DNA from: Octopus vulgaris
Taxonomy: Eukaryota
NCBI GenBank assembly: GCA_951406725.2
Contig: OX597815.1
Location: 103,354,001 to 103,418,000 of the forward strand
DNA: 64,000 nucleotides
Direction: 5' to 3'
Shown here: piece after piece, positions 1 to 13,817 of the stretch
Layout: each line of letters starts with the position of its first letter
How positions within the stretch are numbered: position 1 is the first letter of the stretch
Notes under the pieces: generated by a model
What the model saw: only the letters and a program-made list of their open reading frames with translations
Database searches by the model: none
What the model was told of the DNA's origin: nothing
Program-made: the position numbers and the translations under genes

Positions 1-1014
1 TTATAGTTTAACCTGTGGCTTTGGTACATTTTTACATTTTCTTATCTTAAATATATTAATATCTACGCTATATTTTATTTTATTTTTTTTATAATTTAAT
101 ACATCCATCTGGAATATGATTCTATTGTGTATCGCTTACATTTTATTCTATTTTCTCCTAATACTTTCTTCCATTTTTCTCTCTTGTGCTTGATGAATCT
201 CACCATTCTTGACAATTTCTTAGTAGATGCCTATAAGTTTCATAATTCTGTCATGAGATACAATGTAAAAATTATTTCCTACGATATACATACATTACCA
301 ATGTATCTGATTTTCTCTTCGTACACTATTTGAGAGCTATTCTGTTAACCAGTAATTGGTCCATGCATACATAGGTTTTGGTTTACCTCCACCATCTGCA
401 CAACTAAAAGCAAAGGATTTGATAATAGATAAATTTAAATTGCTCATTATCTATGTCCTTCCAACGCTTTCGATTCTGAGTTTAAATCCGGCGTTGCCTT
501 TCATCTTTAAAGGTCGAGAAAATAAAGCACCTCTCAAGTGCAAATCCTCATCTCTTTAAATTTGCTGGTCTTGTTTGTGCCAAAATTGAAACAATTTTTT
601 ATATTGTTGGAAACTAGGGATGGAATTATAATTCCCAGTTTTACCTGATTTATTTCACGTTGGTACATATATTATAAATTTGGTGTATTTTTTATATTGT
701 CGATGTTTAACTCTGTGTCATCTCTGAACAGACGTACAAATAACAGCATTTCAATCGTTACCATCATGTAATAATTGGTATGTTCTTTGAAAATGTTATC
801 TAGAATGGCCTTCGTCGTTTTAAGACATTAGGGGTAAAAGTGACAGATAGATATTTGTAGCATACCGAAAGACCGACTATAAGCACTTTAAGTACCTCGT
901 CATTTCTGTTTAAACATTTCTGTAAAATCCTAAGACGGGAACGTCCGGCAAAATACTCAGCGGAATATCTTCCGTCTTCACATTCCATGGTGAACGACTC
1001 TTGTTTACATTATA

Positions 1015-1230
1015 CTAGCAGTATCGCCCGGCGTTGCTCGGGTTTGTAAGGGAAATAACTATAAAGCATTTTTAGAGAGTTATAGCCAAAAAACAGCAAA
1101 AAATGCATTAAAAATGGAAAAAAAAATTATGGTAATTTTTTTTTAAAATTGTTGACTCATCGTAGGAGTAGTTAGGAATCTAAATCGTAGGAGACAGACA
1201 CTCACACAACTTCACTTTTATATATATAGA
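1015..1230 (-). mobile_element. Non-autonomous Helitron
   Basis: The minus strand reads A|TCTATATATATAAAA...CCCGAGCAACGCCGGGCGATACTGCTAG|T. This gives a 5'-TC, a GC hairpin just before the 3'-CTAG, and insertion between A and T. Confidence 0.85.
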
Positions 1231-2518
1231 TAACATGATAAAATAGGAACCTTTTGAGCACTTGTGTCGATTTAATCGATTTAACTTGTCCCACAGAATG
1301 GCAGGCCTTGTGCCAAAATTTTAAGCCTAATATTTCAGTTAAATTCTCAGGCAGTTTTATTTCGAAATATTTTTAGGTTGTCTCTAATGTCCACGTTTCT
1401 TTTCTCTTTAGGAAACTTGATGTTTTTTATTTTATATATATTAATCAATTCTGTTGTTTTACTAAAGTTTTTTATTACTGTTTAATTGATCTAGTCAATA
1501 TCGTGCGTTGTCTTCTGTATATATTATTCACTTTCTCCTATATTTCATTTTATACATTTATTTGTGAAATTCTATTTGTAATTTAATATATACTTCCCGT
1601 TGAAAGATTTTTTTTCTATTTTCAACAGCATTTTCATATCATATATACTGTTAATATTTTGTTCCCAAACATTTGATGAGAATTAGATAATTTAGAAATA
1701 CCCTTTCTTTCTTAATGTCGTGTAGTTTTTAAATCTTCTATTAATACATTTTAGAAATGTTATTAATTTCTTAATTGTACATTTTATAATGTTAATATCA
1801 TATTTCTGCTAATATTGACAACTCCTTTCAGTTCTAACAAATCTATTTATGGATATTTGTTTCTCGGAGTTGCCCACAATTCTCCTCCTTATATTCTTCA
1901 TTGGAATTATTCTGTTCTAACAGTTTGTGTAATACATCGCATATGTAATTCATATACGTATATCTAGTACTTCATACCGGACGGGGCGAATTTGTAGACT
2001 CATTTTCAGTTTTCCTCCTTCCTTATTTGTCATTAATAAAGTAGATATGCGGTTCCATCAATCTTTTTAAAGCTTTATTTCCGTTGTTAATTTTATCCTT
2101 CTTTCTCGATTTTCCACAATGTACATTATCACTTTTTGTTATGATCATTTATTATTTATCTTTTGCTGTTATCGCTTGTCACTTCTTCCTTTATTTGTAG
2201 ACTTTGTACCATTTGTCAGCGTTTTTGATTTTATAATGCCAACATATTACCCAATATAGATATTGTAGTACTGTATAGTAGGTGTGTTTTTCCAGGGTTC
2301 CTGATGTTGGTTTCGACCTTTTGAATATGACACATTGAGATATCATGCATTAAAAAAGAAACTACACTTTACATAACAAAAATCTTCCCCGTGTTCTTAG
2401 TTAAAATTTTCCCGTGGATGTATTGCCGAGTTTTTCTTCCATCGTACCGAAGTTAATGGATTAAATTTGATTTGTGGAGAGGACTTCTTAGTTGTTATTT
2501 AGTCCGGAGCAATTATTC

Positions 2519-2573
<55 letters not shown>

Positions 2574-2793
2574 GTTATTATTATTATTGTTGTTGTTGTT
2601 GTTGTTATTATTATTATTCTTTTTGCTATTATTATTATTATTATTATTATTATTGTTATTATTATTATTGTTGTTGTTGTTGTTGTTGTTATTCTTCTTC
2701 TTCTTCTTGCTATGATTATTATTATTATTATTATTATTATTATTTCTATTACTATTACTACTACTACTATTATTGTTGTGGTTGTTGCTGTTG
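2519..2793. repeat. Compound trinucleotide microsatellite (TAT/TGT/TCT/TAC)n
   Basis: Directly visible; it explains the poly-I/Y/N ORFs. Confidence 0.97.
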
Positions 2794-2797
2794 TGAA

Positions 2798-3004
2798 GGC
2801 GGCGAGCTGGCAGAACCGTTAGCACGCTGAGCGAAATGCCTAGCGGTGTTTCCCGCCGAGTTTGACTTTGCCTTGGATCCTTTCGGGGTCCATAAATTAA
2901 GTATGAATTAAGCACTATGGTCGATGTAATCGATTTAACCCCTTCCCCAAAATTTCAGACTTTATGCCTATAGTAGAAAGGATTATTATTATCATTATTA
3001 TTAT
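2798..3004 (+). mobile_element. tRNA-derived SINE with (ATT)n tail
   Basis: GGCGGCGAGCTGGCAGAACCGTTAGCACG A-box-like head and an ATT tail. Related copies lie at 63860-64000 (-) and ~1255-1325 (3' fragment). Confidence 0.7.
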
Positions 3005-4387
3005 TTTGACCACTGATTTGTTCCGATATGTTTTTATGACAGTTATAGAGATACAGTAGTTACCACAGAAAGCTGAAGGGAAACTGTTTTAATAAATATC
3101 CGTTACTTAATATCTCTTCATCCAGGATCAGATTAAAAGGTGAAAATGTTTGCTTTTAGACAAAGATTTATTGTTTTCTATTCGCTTAAACACAAACTCA
3201 GTTCTTCTATACGGAAGAAACTATTAATGAAAATTAGTATATCCATCGCTGTTAAAGAAATTTATTTCTCGTGTTATTTCTCGTTATCGATCATCTTCAG
3301 ATTATTTTCAAAATTGCCATGAATCTTTACTTCTCTTTGTCTTTTCAGGATAGTTTTTGAACAAGTGACTTGAAAAGAAGATGACTGTACATATACGATA
3401 ATGTTTCGTGCATTTCTCAGTCTTTCGTGACGGAAACACTCTTCAAAGAAGCGACAGTATGGCAGTTTCCCAACCATTATCTCGGCAATCCAAGAAAGAA
3501 AAGAGGTTATGTTGGAGAAGAATGAATATCCAGTGATTACTTTCTCTGGAAACCCATGAATGGATACATATGTATCAGTAGAAGGAGAGCATATAACAAA
3601 CAACGTGTGAAAAACACCAATTATCAAGTTGGGGATATTGCTATGGAAGATCGAGACATTTAGCGCAGAAGATTGGCATTGGTTTGGGTAAATCGTCCGA
3701 CTGAATATACAGTAGTACTTTAATAGAAAAGACAATAACAGAAAGAGGTCTAACACGAAAATTTAAAGCAAAACAGTCTCAAAAGAATGGAAAAAAATCG
3801 TTTCCATAAGTACAAACACTACTGTGAACAATTTCCACAGTAAGTTAGGTAACATTAGTGCCTACAGTTTCATAAATATTTCGTTAAACAAATATAATTC
3901 TAAAATTGCTATCATCAGAATATGTAAACATGTAGACATCAAATGTGAGATATAAGTCACTCATTTTCCACATGTTGCATTCAAGTTCATAGTTCTTCAC
4001 ACAATTAATGAAAACATCGAATGACATTCACTATACAAAAAATTGCGTTAGAATTCAAAGCAAATAATGAGTATGATTACGCATAGTTTCCGAAAAGCAG
4101 AATATAAGAAAGAATAACGCCAAAGCATGATTTAAAAAAAGACACTTGATATAAACTGTTATAAGTTCCGGGATATTGTCATTTTCATTTGTTCAAATGC
4201 TTACGAGCAAATTAATGAGGTCAAGGAATATTACATATTATAAAAATTGATGGTAGACGAATATCGAGGGGAAGCTCTGATGTAAAGTTTTTCAAGTATT
4301 TTTAAACTTTTGTCGTTGTTTAAGGTACAGATTTCTTGTTTCCGTTAAATTTTGATCCGAAATTATATTTTTTACTTACACATTCTG

Positions 4388-4429
<42 letters not shown>

Positions 4430-4629
4430 TATGATGTTATATTATATTAAAAATATATACAATGGTCTAAAATTATGTACAATATCTTGAGATGATATAT
4501 AAAATCCTAAAACTCTACATGATACCATAAAATATTGTAAACTCCATAAAAATTAGAAAAAACAATTACCAATTCAAATAACCATTATTGTCGTTTTTGC
4601 TCTTGTCATCGGCTTAGTTTCTGCAGTTA

Positions 4630-4817
<188 letters not shown>

Positions 4818-5891
4818 TTGTGCAGATTAGTCGGAATATAATTCTTCGCAATATTTGTCGTAACCTTTACGTTGCAAGCTCAAATTTCGTCAGACAAAAC
4901 TTACCTTGTATTCCTACGAGGATGATGCATTTGAAATATTTGTATGTCGAGAGAATTATTGAAATGTCTGATAGAATAATCTGTTTCGTTTTGCACCATG
5001 ATTGTATATTTACAGTAGCAATACTAATGGACTGAACTTCACATTCCAGTATTCCAGGTTTCTAAAAATTATATATCAGTCATAAAGTTATATATTAATG
5101 TAGTTGTCTACATCCTGTTCATCTCGAGATTGCACCAATAAACTAAATCTTTATTGTTGCTTGCTCTTCGATGTGATGTGAGATTGCCTGGCTTACTGTT
5201 TGGTTAAGATCATGTATATATGAGCATTTTACTGCTACACTTGTTTGTTGTGAAAGGTTTTATAGTATTAAGTACAATGTACAACATAGAATGGAAGAAA
5301 TTTGTTACCGGATTTGAATATCTTACATCAAATAGGCGGTTTGATCCTGTAGATCGATATAATTATTGTGCGTAAAGTTAATGTCTTTGTGTAGCCTGTT
5401 TCGGTCACCCTTGATCTACCAGACACAAAATGCAAGAATATTTCAGGCTGAAAATCTCGTTTTTCTCTTTGAGTATACGGACAGGCATAATCATCTGGTT
5501 AAGTGGGTTTTGTGCAACCAACCTCGATGCTCCACATGTAATAGAATTGTATCATACCATGGGAAAATATATTCTACTCTAACCCTGCGTTGTTCAATAG
5601 CATATGCAAGAAGAAAAATTTGCAAGATGGCGCATTTTGTCGTACATTCGGCACTTACATGCATACGTACATATAAAAAGACACACACATATGTAAGTAT
5701 GTCTGTAGGCATCTACCTTTATCTATGTACGAGTATATGTCTATGCATGAGACAAAAATTATACGAATAGACATATGCATGCAACATACGTGCATAGCAA
5801 AGGGTAAAATCATACACAAAAGGATCATGCATAGCTACAAAACAGCTACTCACGCACGCCATGTATACACACACACACACACACACACGCA

Positions 5892-5967
<76 letters not shown>

Positions 5968-5989
5968 AAAAAAGATTCTATAATTATAA

Positions 5990-6390
5990 GCGAGTGGCTG
6001 TGTGGTAAGTAGCTTGCTAACCAGCCGCATGGTTCCGGGTTCAGTCCCACTGCGTGGCATCTTGGGCAAGTGTCTTCTGCTATAGCCCCGGGCCAACCAA
6101 TGCCTTGTGAGTGGATTTGGTAGACGGAAACTGAAAGAAGCCTGTCGTGTATATGTATATATATATATATATATGTATGTATGTGTGAGTGTGTTTGTCC
6201 CCCTAGCATTGCTTGACAACCGATGCTGGTGTGTTTATGTACCCGTCACTTAGCGGTTCGGCAAAAGAGACCGATAGAATAAGTACAGGGCTTACAAAGA
6301 ATAAGTCCCGGGGTCGAGTTGCTCGATTACAGGCGGTACTCCAGCATGGCCACAGTCAAATGACTGAAACAAGTAAAAGAGTAAAAAAAG
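5990..6390 (+). mobile_element. tRNA-derived CORE-type SINE with internal microsatellite (Octopus OR-like)
   Basis: TGGCTGTGTGGTAAG (A box), GGTTCAGTCCC (B box), CORE-like CTTGGGCAAGTG, internal (TA)n/(TG)n and an A-rich tail. Homologous copies occur elsewhere in the window. Confidence 0.8.
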
Positions 6391-6392
6391 AA

Positions 6393-7087
6393 TAATTATA
6401 ATTAGGATTCAGCAAATTGCGTCACCATATACCGAAAATTAGAAATAGCAGTTAAATAATATTCCTATACCATAGATATCACCCAGACAGCAATTCTCCT
6501 AATTCACGCAGGTAAAGAGAAAAAATAACCAATCCAACTGGCTTTGATCAATCACATACGCCTTGCTGGATAAAAGAGATGTAAATTTTTTATTTTTACT
6601 CACTTATTTCCGTCTTCGGTGTAATATTCCATTTGTTAATTTGAGAGTACTAATAATTAAACGCGTATTCGACCAGACAAGTAAGAACTCGCATTCTTCC
6701 CCAATCACCCATGTGTGTTATGAGTAATCCTGGGAAGAATGTGAGTTCTCACTATATAAATTCGGAAGTGCTGGTTTTGGGATATTAGCTATTCGATGTC
6801 GTTTGGTCGATTACGTATCTAATTGTTAGTACTCTCAAATTTACAATTGAAATACTACACTGAAGACAGAAATAAGTGAGTAAAAATAAAACTTTTACAT
6901 CTATTTAATCCAGAAACGCGCATGTGGTTGATCAAAGCTGGGTCGATTCGTTATTGTTTCTCTTTATCTGCATTAATTGAGAGAATTCTTGTCTAGGACA
7001 TATCTTATTGTAGAGGAATAGTATTTAACTGGTATTTCTAAATTTCGGTATGTGGTGAAACAATTTGCTGAACCCCAATTATAATTA
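6393..7087. repeat. ~700-bp diverged palindrome (foldback; possibly Penelope-derived inverted terminal repeat)
   Basis: The arm at 6393-~6702 is the reverse complement of ~6732-7087, e.g. tttttactcacttatttc / gaaataagtgagtaaaaa and ttgagagtactaa / ttagtactctcaa. Confidence 0.85.
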
Positions 7088-7197
7088 TGCTTATAATTAT
7101 AGAATTTTTGTATATGGTTACCTATGAAGGTTCTTTTAACATACCGAACTACTTGGCAAAATTATTAATTATTAATTAATTAATTAATTTTACCCTT

Positions 7198-7254
<57 letters not shown>

Positions 7255-7835
7255 GTGTGTGTGTGCAGTACTATTACAGCACAGTAGGTATATTGGAAAC
7301 TCAAAACCAATATGCATGACCATACAATCAACGCTGAACACATCTACAAATAAACACATACATCAAGACCTATCCAATTTATATCTGCATTTATGTTCTA
7401 AATTGGCTATCCTATTTTTGAGTCCCATCGGTCTTCCAATCTCTGCTCATTTAAATATGGCATAGCTTTCAGATTCCCTCGCGCATTTCCCCTTCTTTTC
7501 CATATACTCTATTTCTTCTGTTGTTCTTTCTGTATTCTTTCTTTTCCAAATTTTTCATCTATATCTCTAATTTGTAATAAAGGGCTACGCTTGAAATGAT
7601 AGCACGTTTCCATTTCACACCTGGTAGGCGAGATGGAACTTCAAACAACTTTTTCTATTGTACGTTTTCTTTCGTGCTGTCAGTATTATTTATTGTCTTA
7701 TCTGTAAACACACGCGCGTGTATGTATAACTGTGTGTGAGTGAGTGAGAGAGTGAGTGAGTGAGTGAGTGAGTGAGTGAGTGAATGAGTGAGTGAGTGAG
7801 TGAGTGAGTGAGTGTGTGTGTGTGCGTGTGTGTGT

Positions 7836-8477
7836 GTGTAAAAATATAGTTAATTGTGCGTTCGAGAATTAGCGGTAGGTAAAATAAGTCTCGCATTGAA
7901 GTACTATATATCAATGCGATCGCCTGGAAGCCATAAGTGTCCTAGTAGCTGTAACAATTGTATACAGAAAAAATCTAGAGCTTCATTATCAAATAGATAT
8001 TGAGTATGATTTTGTCTTTTGTCATATTTTTAAACTAATTTTACGGCTTATGTCTTTGAAAACGTTTTCCAGCGTTATAATTAGCTTCCAGTTTGTATGC
8101 ATTATTGTATTAATAAGAAAAGTCTTGCTTGATTCCAAAGTGTGTTCATATTTACGGACACAGACAAAATAATCTCCTCATATTTTACTATGACACATAC
8201 GTACGCACAGGCACACAAACATACACACACATACACACAAACATAATGTATATAGATGTGATAGATATAGGTGCTTCTTCACCTAAAGTAATGTATTAGA
8301 AATAATAAAGAACGCTCTGCAGGTAATATAACAAACGTAATTCGCTGCCTTATACATAGACTTATGAACTGTATAAAAAAAAGTACATAATATATTAGAA
8401 TACGTATTTTTATATTTGCAAGAATCAATTATTCCGATTTCCTTTACTTCCAATATGTCCCATTTTCAATTTTCTCA
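7836..8477 (+). repeat. Local direct duplication, copy 1
   Basis: Highly similar to 9284-9912; both copies are preceded by (GAGT)n/(GT)n. Confidence 0.9.
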
Positions 8478-9179
8478 ATTTCTGATTTATTTGAATTCCT
8501 TAATTATTATACCTCCCATTATTTAACTCCAACCGCCATCAAATTTTAAAATTACGCATATAATCATGAAGTAGCAAATTGCTTTGGAATCTGAGTTTGT
8601 TGTTTGCAAATCAAGAAAATATTTTGAAAAACGAACGGTATTAAGAGAATTTGCCGAACATATCTGGTATTACTGGGAACGAGTACGATAGTGCTACGAC
8701 TCATTTTGTTCCATGGATAACTCTATTCAATTAATCATATATGGATGGTCAAAATTCAATGTACAGTACATACTTATATGCTACCACGTCACATTACAGC
8801 TACTAGATTCGCCTTTACCTTTATGAAAATGTATGTATGCCTGTTCAAATGCATGCCTGTACTCCTTGACATATCAGTTATGATTATGAGCTGTTGCTAC
8901 GAGCCTGTCTTAATGAAAAGAGAGAATTGTTAGCTTATCAGAAATTAGGCGCAAAATAAAGCTGACGACGAAAAAGAAAAAAGCAAATTAAAAGAACCTA
9001 CTTTATTGAGTTTCCATGTTACTTTCTAGTGACCTGCCATAAAGGGTTTTAAGTATATGCCCATGTATGTAAGTGTATAAAAAAGATTAGTCTATAATAA
9101 AAGGTATCAAAAGCGACAGAAAGTATTTTGAGGCAAATAAATTGAATTTATGAATTTATAGAAGACTGAGTGAATGAAT

Positions 9180-9246
<67 letters not shown>

Positions 9247-9283
9247 TGTGTGTATGTGTGTGTGTTTGCGTGCGTTTGTGTGT

Positions 9284-9912
9284 GTGTAAATATATAGTTA
9301 ATTGTGCGTTCGAGAATTAGCGGTAGTTAATATAAGTCTCGAATTGAAGTAAATACTATGATCAATGCGATCGCCTGGAAGCCATAAGTGTCCAAGTAGC
9401 TGTAACAATTGTATACAGAAAAAAATCTAGAGCTTCATTATCAAATAGATATTGAGTATGATTTTGTCTTTTGTCATATTTTTAAACTAATTTTACGGCT
9501 TATGTCTTTGAAAACGTTTTCCAGCGTTATAATTAGCTTCCAGTTTGTATGCATTATTGTATTAATAAGAAAAGTCTTGCTTGATTCCAAAGTGTTTTCA
9601 TATTTACGGACACAGACAAAATAATCTCCTCATATTTTACTATGACACATACGTACGCACAGGCACACACACACACACATACACACAAACATAATGTATA
9701 TAGATGTGATAGATGTAGGTGCCTCTTCGCCTAAAGTAATGTATTTGATATTATAAAGAACGCTCTGCAGGTAAGATAACAAACGTAATTCGCTGCCTTA
9801 TATATAGACTTATGAACTGTAAAAAAAAAGTTCATAATATATTTATATGTTTACAAGAATCAATTATTCCGATTTCCTTTACTTCCAATATGTCCCATTT
9901 TCAATTTTCTCA
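9284..9912 (+). repeat. Local direct duplication, copy 2
   Basis: Highly similar to 7836-8477. Confidence 0.9.
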
Positions 9913-10911
9913 TTAAGTTTATTGCTGCTTGTTAAGGCAGATATGTATTGGTAGGGTTCTGTCCTGTATTGTTCGGAATACTTTAATTGTAAAATGTTGA
10001 TAGAGTCATTAATTAATTAATTAATCAATTAGGTTTACAATCATACCATCGTAACCAATACCTTTTTGGCATCTGCTAAACGTCACAGAAGCTGAGACAA
10101 TAGCTAATGTCCTAAAGCAGCTTCTGCTGAGTGACTATGCTTCTTGTGAATGGCAAATGCATTGCCGTGTTTAAAGGGTTCTGTCCTAGAAATACAAAAT
10201 GTTCCTTATCGATTTTTTTTTTACAAAGGACGGTGTGGTATTGTCGAACTTTGTCCATATAGAAGAAGCTCATTTCAAAAGATCTTGGAGTACAGTGTGA
10301 TTTCTGTATCCATGTTCGGGAAGCAAAATAGCTTTTAGAAAACAAGCAACAGAAATTAAGTAAAACTTTTCTTCACATTGTATGTATCCAGTTTCGTACC
10401 ACACACACATGTGGAAAAAAATTAATCCAAACTAGTTTAAGATAAATTTATTCAGGTCACTCAAGTAAAATTTAAATAATTATAAGAATTTTTGAAAACT
10501 AATTCATGCATCTACCACATGCATTTACTAATACATGCATGCATCTACCACTCCCAAGATATATTTCCTATGAACAGAAACTGCCTGGAAAAAATTGATA
10601 CGTATGCAAAAGCTGTCACATGTAAAACTAACTAAAGCTGTATTGATTATATTGGTACGAGTACAACTGATTTAAGAATGTAATCCATCAAAATTTTAAG
10701 CATTAATATTGAGATTTAACACACTCATACTTAGGCGTGTATGTATACACTAGTACACACACATAGGCACTCATACATTCATATGGACAAACACACGCAC
10801 ACACATGCGCGCGCGCACATTTGTAATTCCCTATGAAGTATATTCAAAGATTGAGATACTGCTACGTTCCTCTATGTGTGTGTGTGTGCTTGTGTGTGTG
10901 TGTGTGCGTGT

Positions 10912-10957
<46 letters not shown>

Positions 10958-11359
10958 ACAAACGAAAGCAAAAGACACGCAACACGTTCAGAGGGAGTCA
11001 CATATGTTTAAAACAATTGTGTTCGGCTCCATCCGATATAAATTTCGCAGACATCTTACAGAAACCTAGCTCATCTAGTCTCAGTCTACCCATTGAAGAG
11101 GTACGGGAAGTCCAAGATAGTTACAAGGAACTGAACCGCTACTGGTTAAGTTGGGTGGCATGGTGTACTTTCAAGTGAAATTGGCATTCAGCAAAATAAG
11201 ATACATGAAAAAAGAAAATTTCTTCGACTACGTGGGTGGACAAAAAGCTGGTGGAGCTTTGCGTCTGGCCGGCCTTTGAAGGGATTTGGAGACCGACAGA
11301 AACATGACTGGCGAGTGAGCATGTGCCTGTGTGTAGGTATGTGTGTGTGTTTGTGTTTT

Positions 11360-11390
<31 letters not shown>

Positions 11391-11847
11391 TGTGTAACAG
11401 ATGAATGAGTTCGTGAATGCGGGTGTCTGACGTCCATGCGTGTGTGTCAGCTATTTGTGTGTGTTCGCGTGTACGCAAGTGTGTAATCTGACATGTGGGT
11501 GATGATTGACATGTGAGGGAGTGCCAATGTCATCAACTCGTTGATGCGCATGTGCATGCTTGGTAGGGTATGGGTAACTATGAATTCGAATTCGTATGAA
11601 TTTCGTGTGGACTAATCACTTGGGTGAATATGTAGGTGTATATAGCTGATATGGTTAGTAGATGTGTGTTCATTATTGGTTGTATAAGTCTGTGTGCATG
11701 CTCACATTCACCGAATATTCTTAAACATTCACATCCATACTCGTATCCTAAGGACGTTCACGCATGCACGCGTATATAGTAAGCACTAACGTTAACATAT
11801 TGGCACACACACTCGCATACATTTTATTTTGTGATTAATAACGAAGA

Positions 11848-11914
<67 letters not shown>

Positions 11915-11915
<1 letters not shown>

Positions 11916-12117
11916 CCGCGTGTGTACCGTTGGCGATTTTTTTTCTTCCGTCTTCCCTACTTTGAATCTTTCCTTTTCCTATGTTTCTGACGAAGAGCTC
12001 CGCTCGAAACGTTAGACCCTCCTTCTTTCCTTCTTTCCTGAGCGTCCAATAATACTATACTTGTTCCACGTCCTCGCGTTGTGTTTTCTCTTTGTGTGTT
12101 CATGTTTGGAGTAACTT

Positions 12118-12120
<3 letters not shown>
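11915..12120 (+). mobile_element. Solo Penelope-like terminal repeat (pLTR) with hammerhead-like motif
   Basis: Homologous to the reverse complement of 58181-58370, the 3' end of the PLE. Contains CTGACGA-AGAGCTCCGCTC-GAAACGTT and ends at (TA)n. Confidence 0.7.
11980..12018 (+). ncRNA. Minimal type I hammerhead ribozyme-like motif
   Basis: Core boxes CUGACGA and GAAAC, stem II GAGC-UCC-GCUC, and a palindromic AACGUU stem III. Stem I is weak. Confidence 0.55.
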
Positions 12121-12171
<51 letters not shown>

Positions 12172-13360
12172 TTCCTTTAACTTCGATAGAGAGGAGAAAC
12201 GATTTTATTGTAATGAACCACGAGTGCCAGACCGAGATATTTACGTAATATTTAGAAGGAATTTTGATACAAAATGTTAGTAATGTATGGCGTATAATTA
12301 GCGTTTCATAAAAGGATTTTTAAAATAGATTCGTATAGAATGTACAGATTGGCCGTATATTAAAATACATTTCATTTTTGCTGATCAACTTTGAACACTT
12401 TCTGCAATCCGAGAGCACGATACAAAGTTAACTATAGAATATCCATCTAAATAACAAATAGTTGGCTATTTTTGTTCATTGAATATTTTAGATATTATAA
12501 AATGAATGCATTAATGTATATCTATATACATGAATCTATCTATCTACCAAACTGGTAATGTGTGTGTGTGTGTTGAAATCAATACGAAATTGTTTATAAT
12601 AGTTTATTGTCTTTTCCTTGTGCTTGCAAATCGTTAGAAGCTGACGTTTGTGGATAGCTTTCGTTCCTCAAGAAACTTTCTTTGAATTTTGTAAAAAATA
12701 ATTTGTTGATATGTGTTGTCAAGATAAAATAAGTTAATACATTGTTTAGGATTTGAGTTGAGCTTCGAATAATAAGAGTGTCCTATAACACAGAGGTAAT
12801 ATTTGCCAAAAGTGCTTCGCTATCTAGTATTGATATTATCATTGGATCTTCTCCTCGCTTCGACGAAGGAAACGGTTTTCAGCTGGACACATGTAACCAA
12901 TTCCTGATAATAGTAATCAGTCAATAGCTGATCAGTCTTATGCATAATTCGGTGAGCAGTTGATTATAACCTTCAGCATGAAACTTTACACCAAAGCGGA
13001 TTGATACAAAATTTGAAGACTCAGTCAAAAATTCTCGCCATATTTAATTATCGTGTTTTAGTTTAGGTGCTAATATCGCGGTATGGTTGACTTTCAAGCA
13101 TGTGGGATCAATAAAATAAATTTCACTTTTGTACTAGAGTAAAAATAGTCGTCTAATCGATCTCACATGAAGCAAATATTTGTGGTTGCAAAATTATTTT
13201 GGTAGATATTTATTCATATGAAGACACACACGGTTAGAGTTAAGGTACTCAATGGTAGCATTTCTCGTTTAGAGATTAGTTGAATATCTTAAGTAGTATA
13301 TGTATACATATATAAATATGTTTATATCATATTAAATTATATAACACGTATATATATATA

Positions 13361-13591
13361 TTCTTTTATTCTTTTACTTGTTTCAGTCATTTGACTGCGG
13401 CCATGCTGTAGCACTGCCTTTAGTCGAGCAAATCGACCTCAGGACTAATACCTCAGCGTAGTACTTCTTCTATCAGTCACCTTTGCAAAACCGCTAAGTT
13501 ACAGGGACGTAAACACCACGCCATCAGTTGTCAAGAGATATTGGGAGACAAACAGAGACACACAAATACATGCGGACACACACGCACACAA

Positions 13592-13680
<89 letters not shown>

Positions 13681-13817
13681 CGACAGCCTTCTTCCATTTT
13701 CCATCTACTAAATCCTATCACAAGGCTTTAGTTGGCCCGAGTTTATTGTAGAAGGCACTTGCCCAAGGTGCCACCCAGTGAGATTGTACCGGGAACCATG
13801 TTGTTGGTAAACAAGCT
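13361..13817 (-). mobile_element. CORE-type SINE, same family as 5990-6390
   Basis: Reverse-complement similarity (ttgtttcagtcatttgactgcggccatgct; cacttgcccaaggtgccac). Confidence 0.8.

Noticed and set aside
2200-2262. IYWVICWHYKIKNADKWY on the minus strand, resembling an RLE-type LINE C-terminus
   Set aside because: Too short, and flanking motifs are not recoverable, so it is left unannotated.
3274-3756. 160-aa ORF
   Set aside because: No recognisable motifs, non-ATG start, and probably a chance ORF in decayed repeat DNA.
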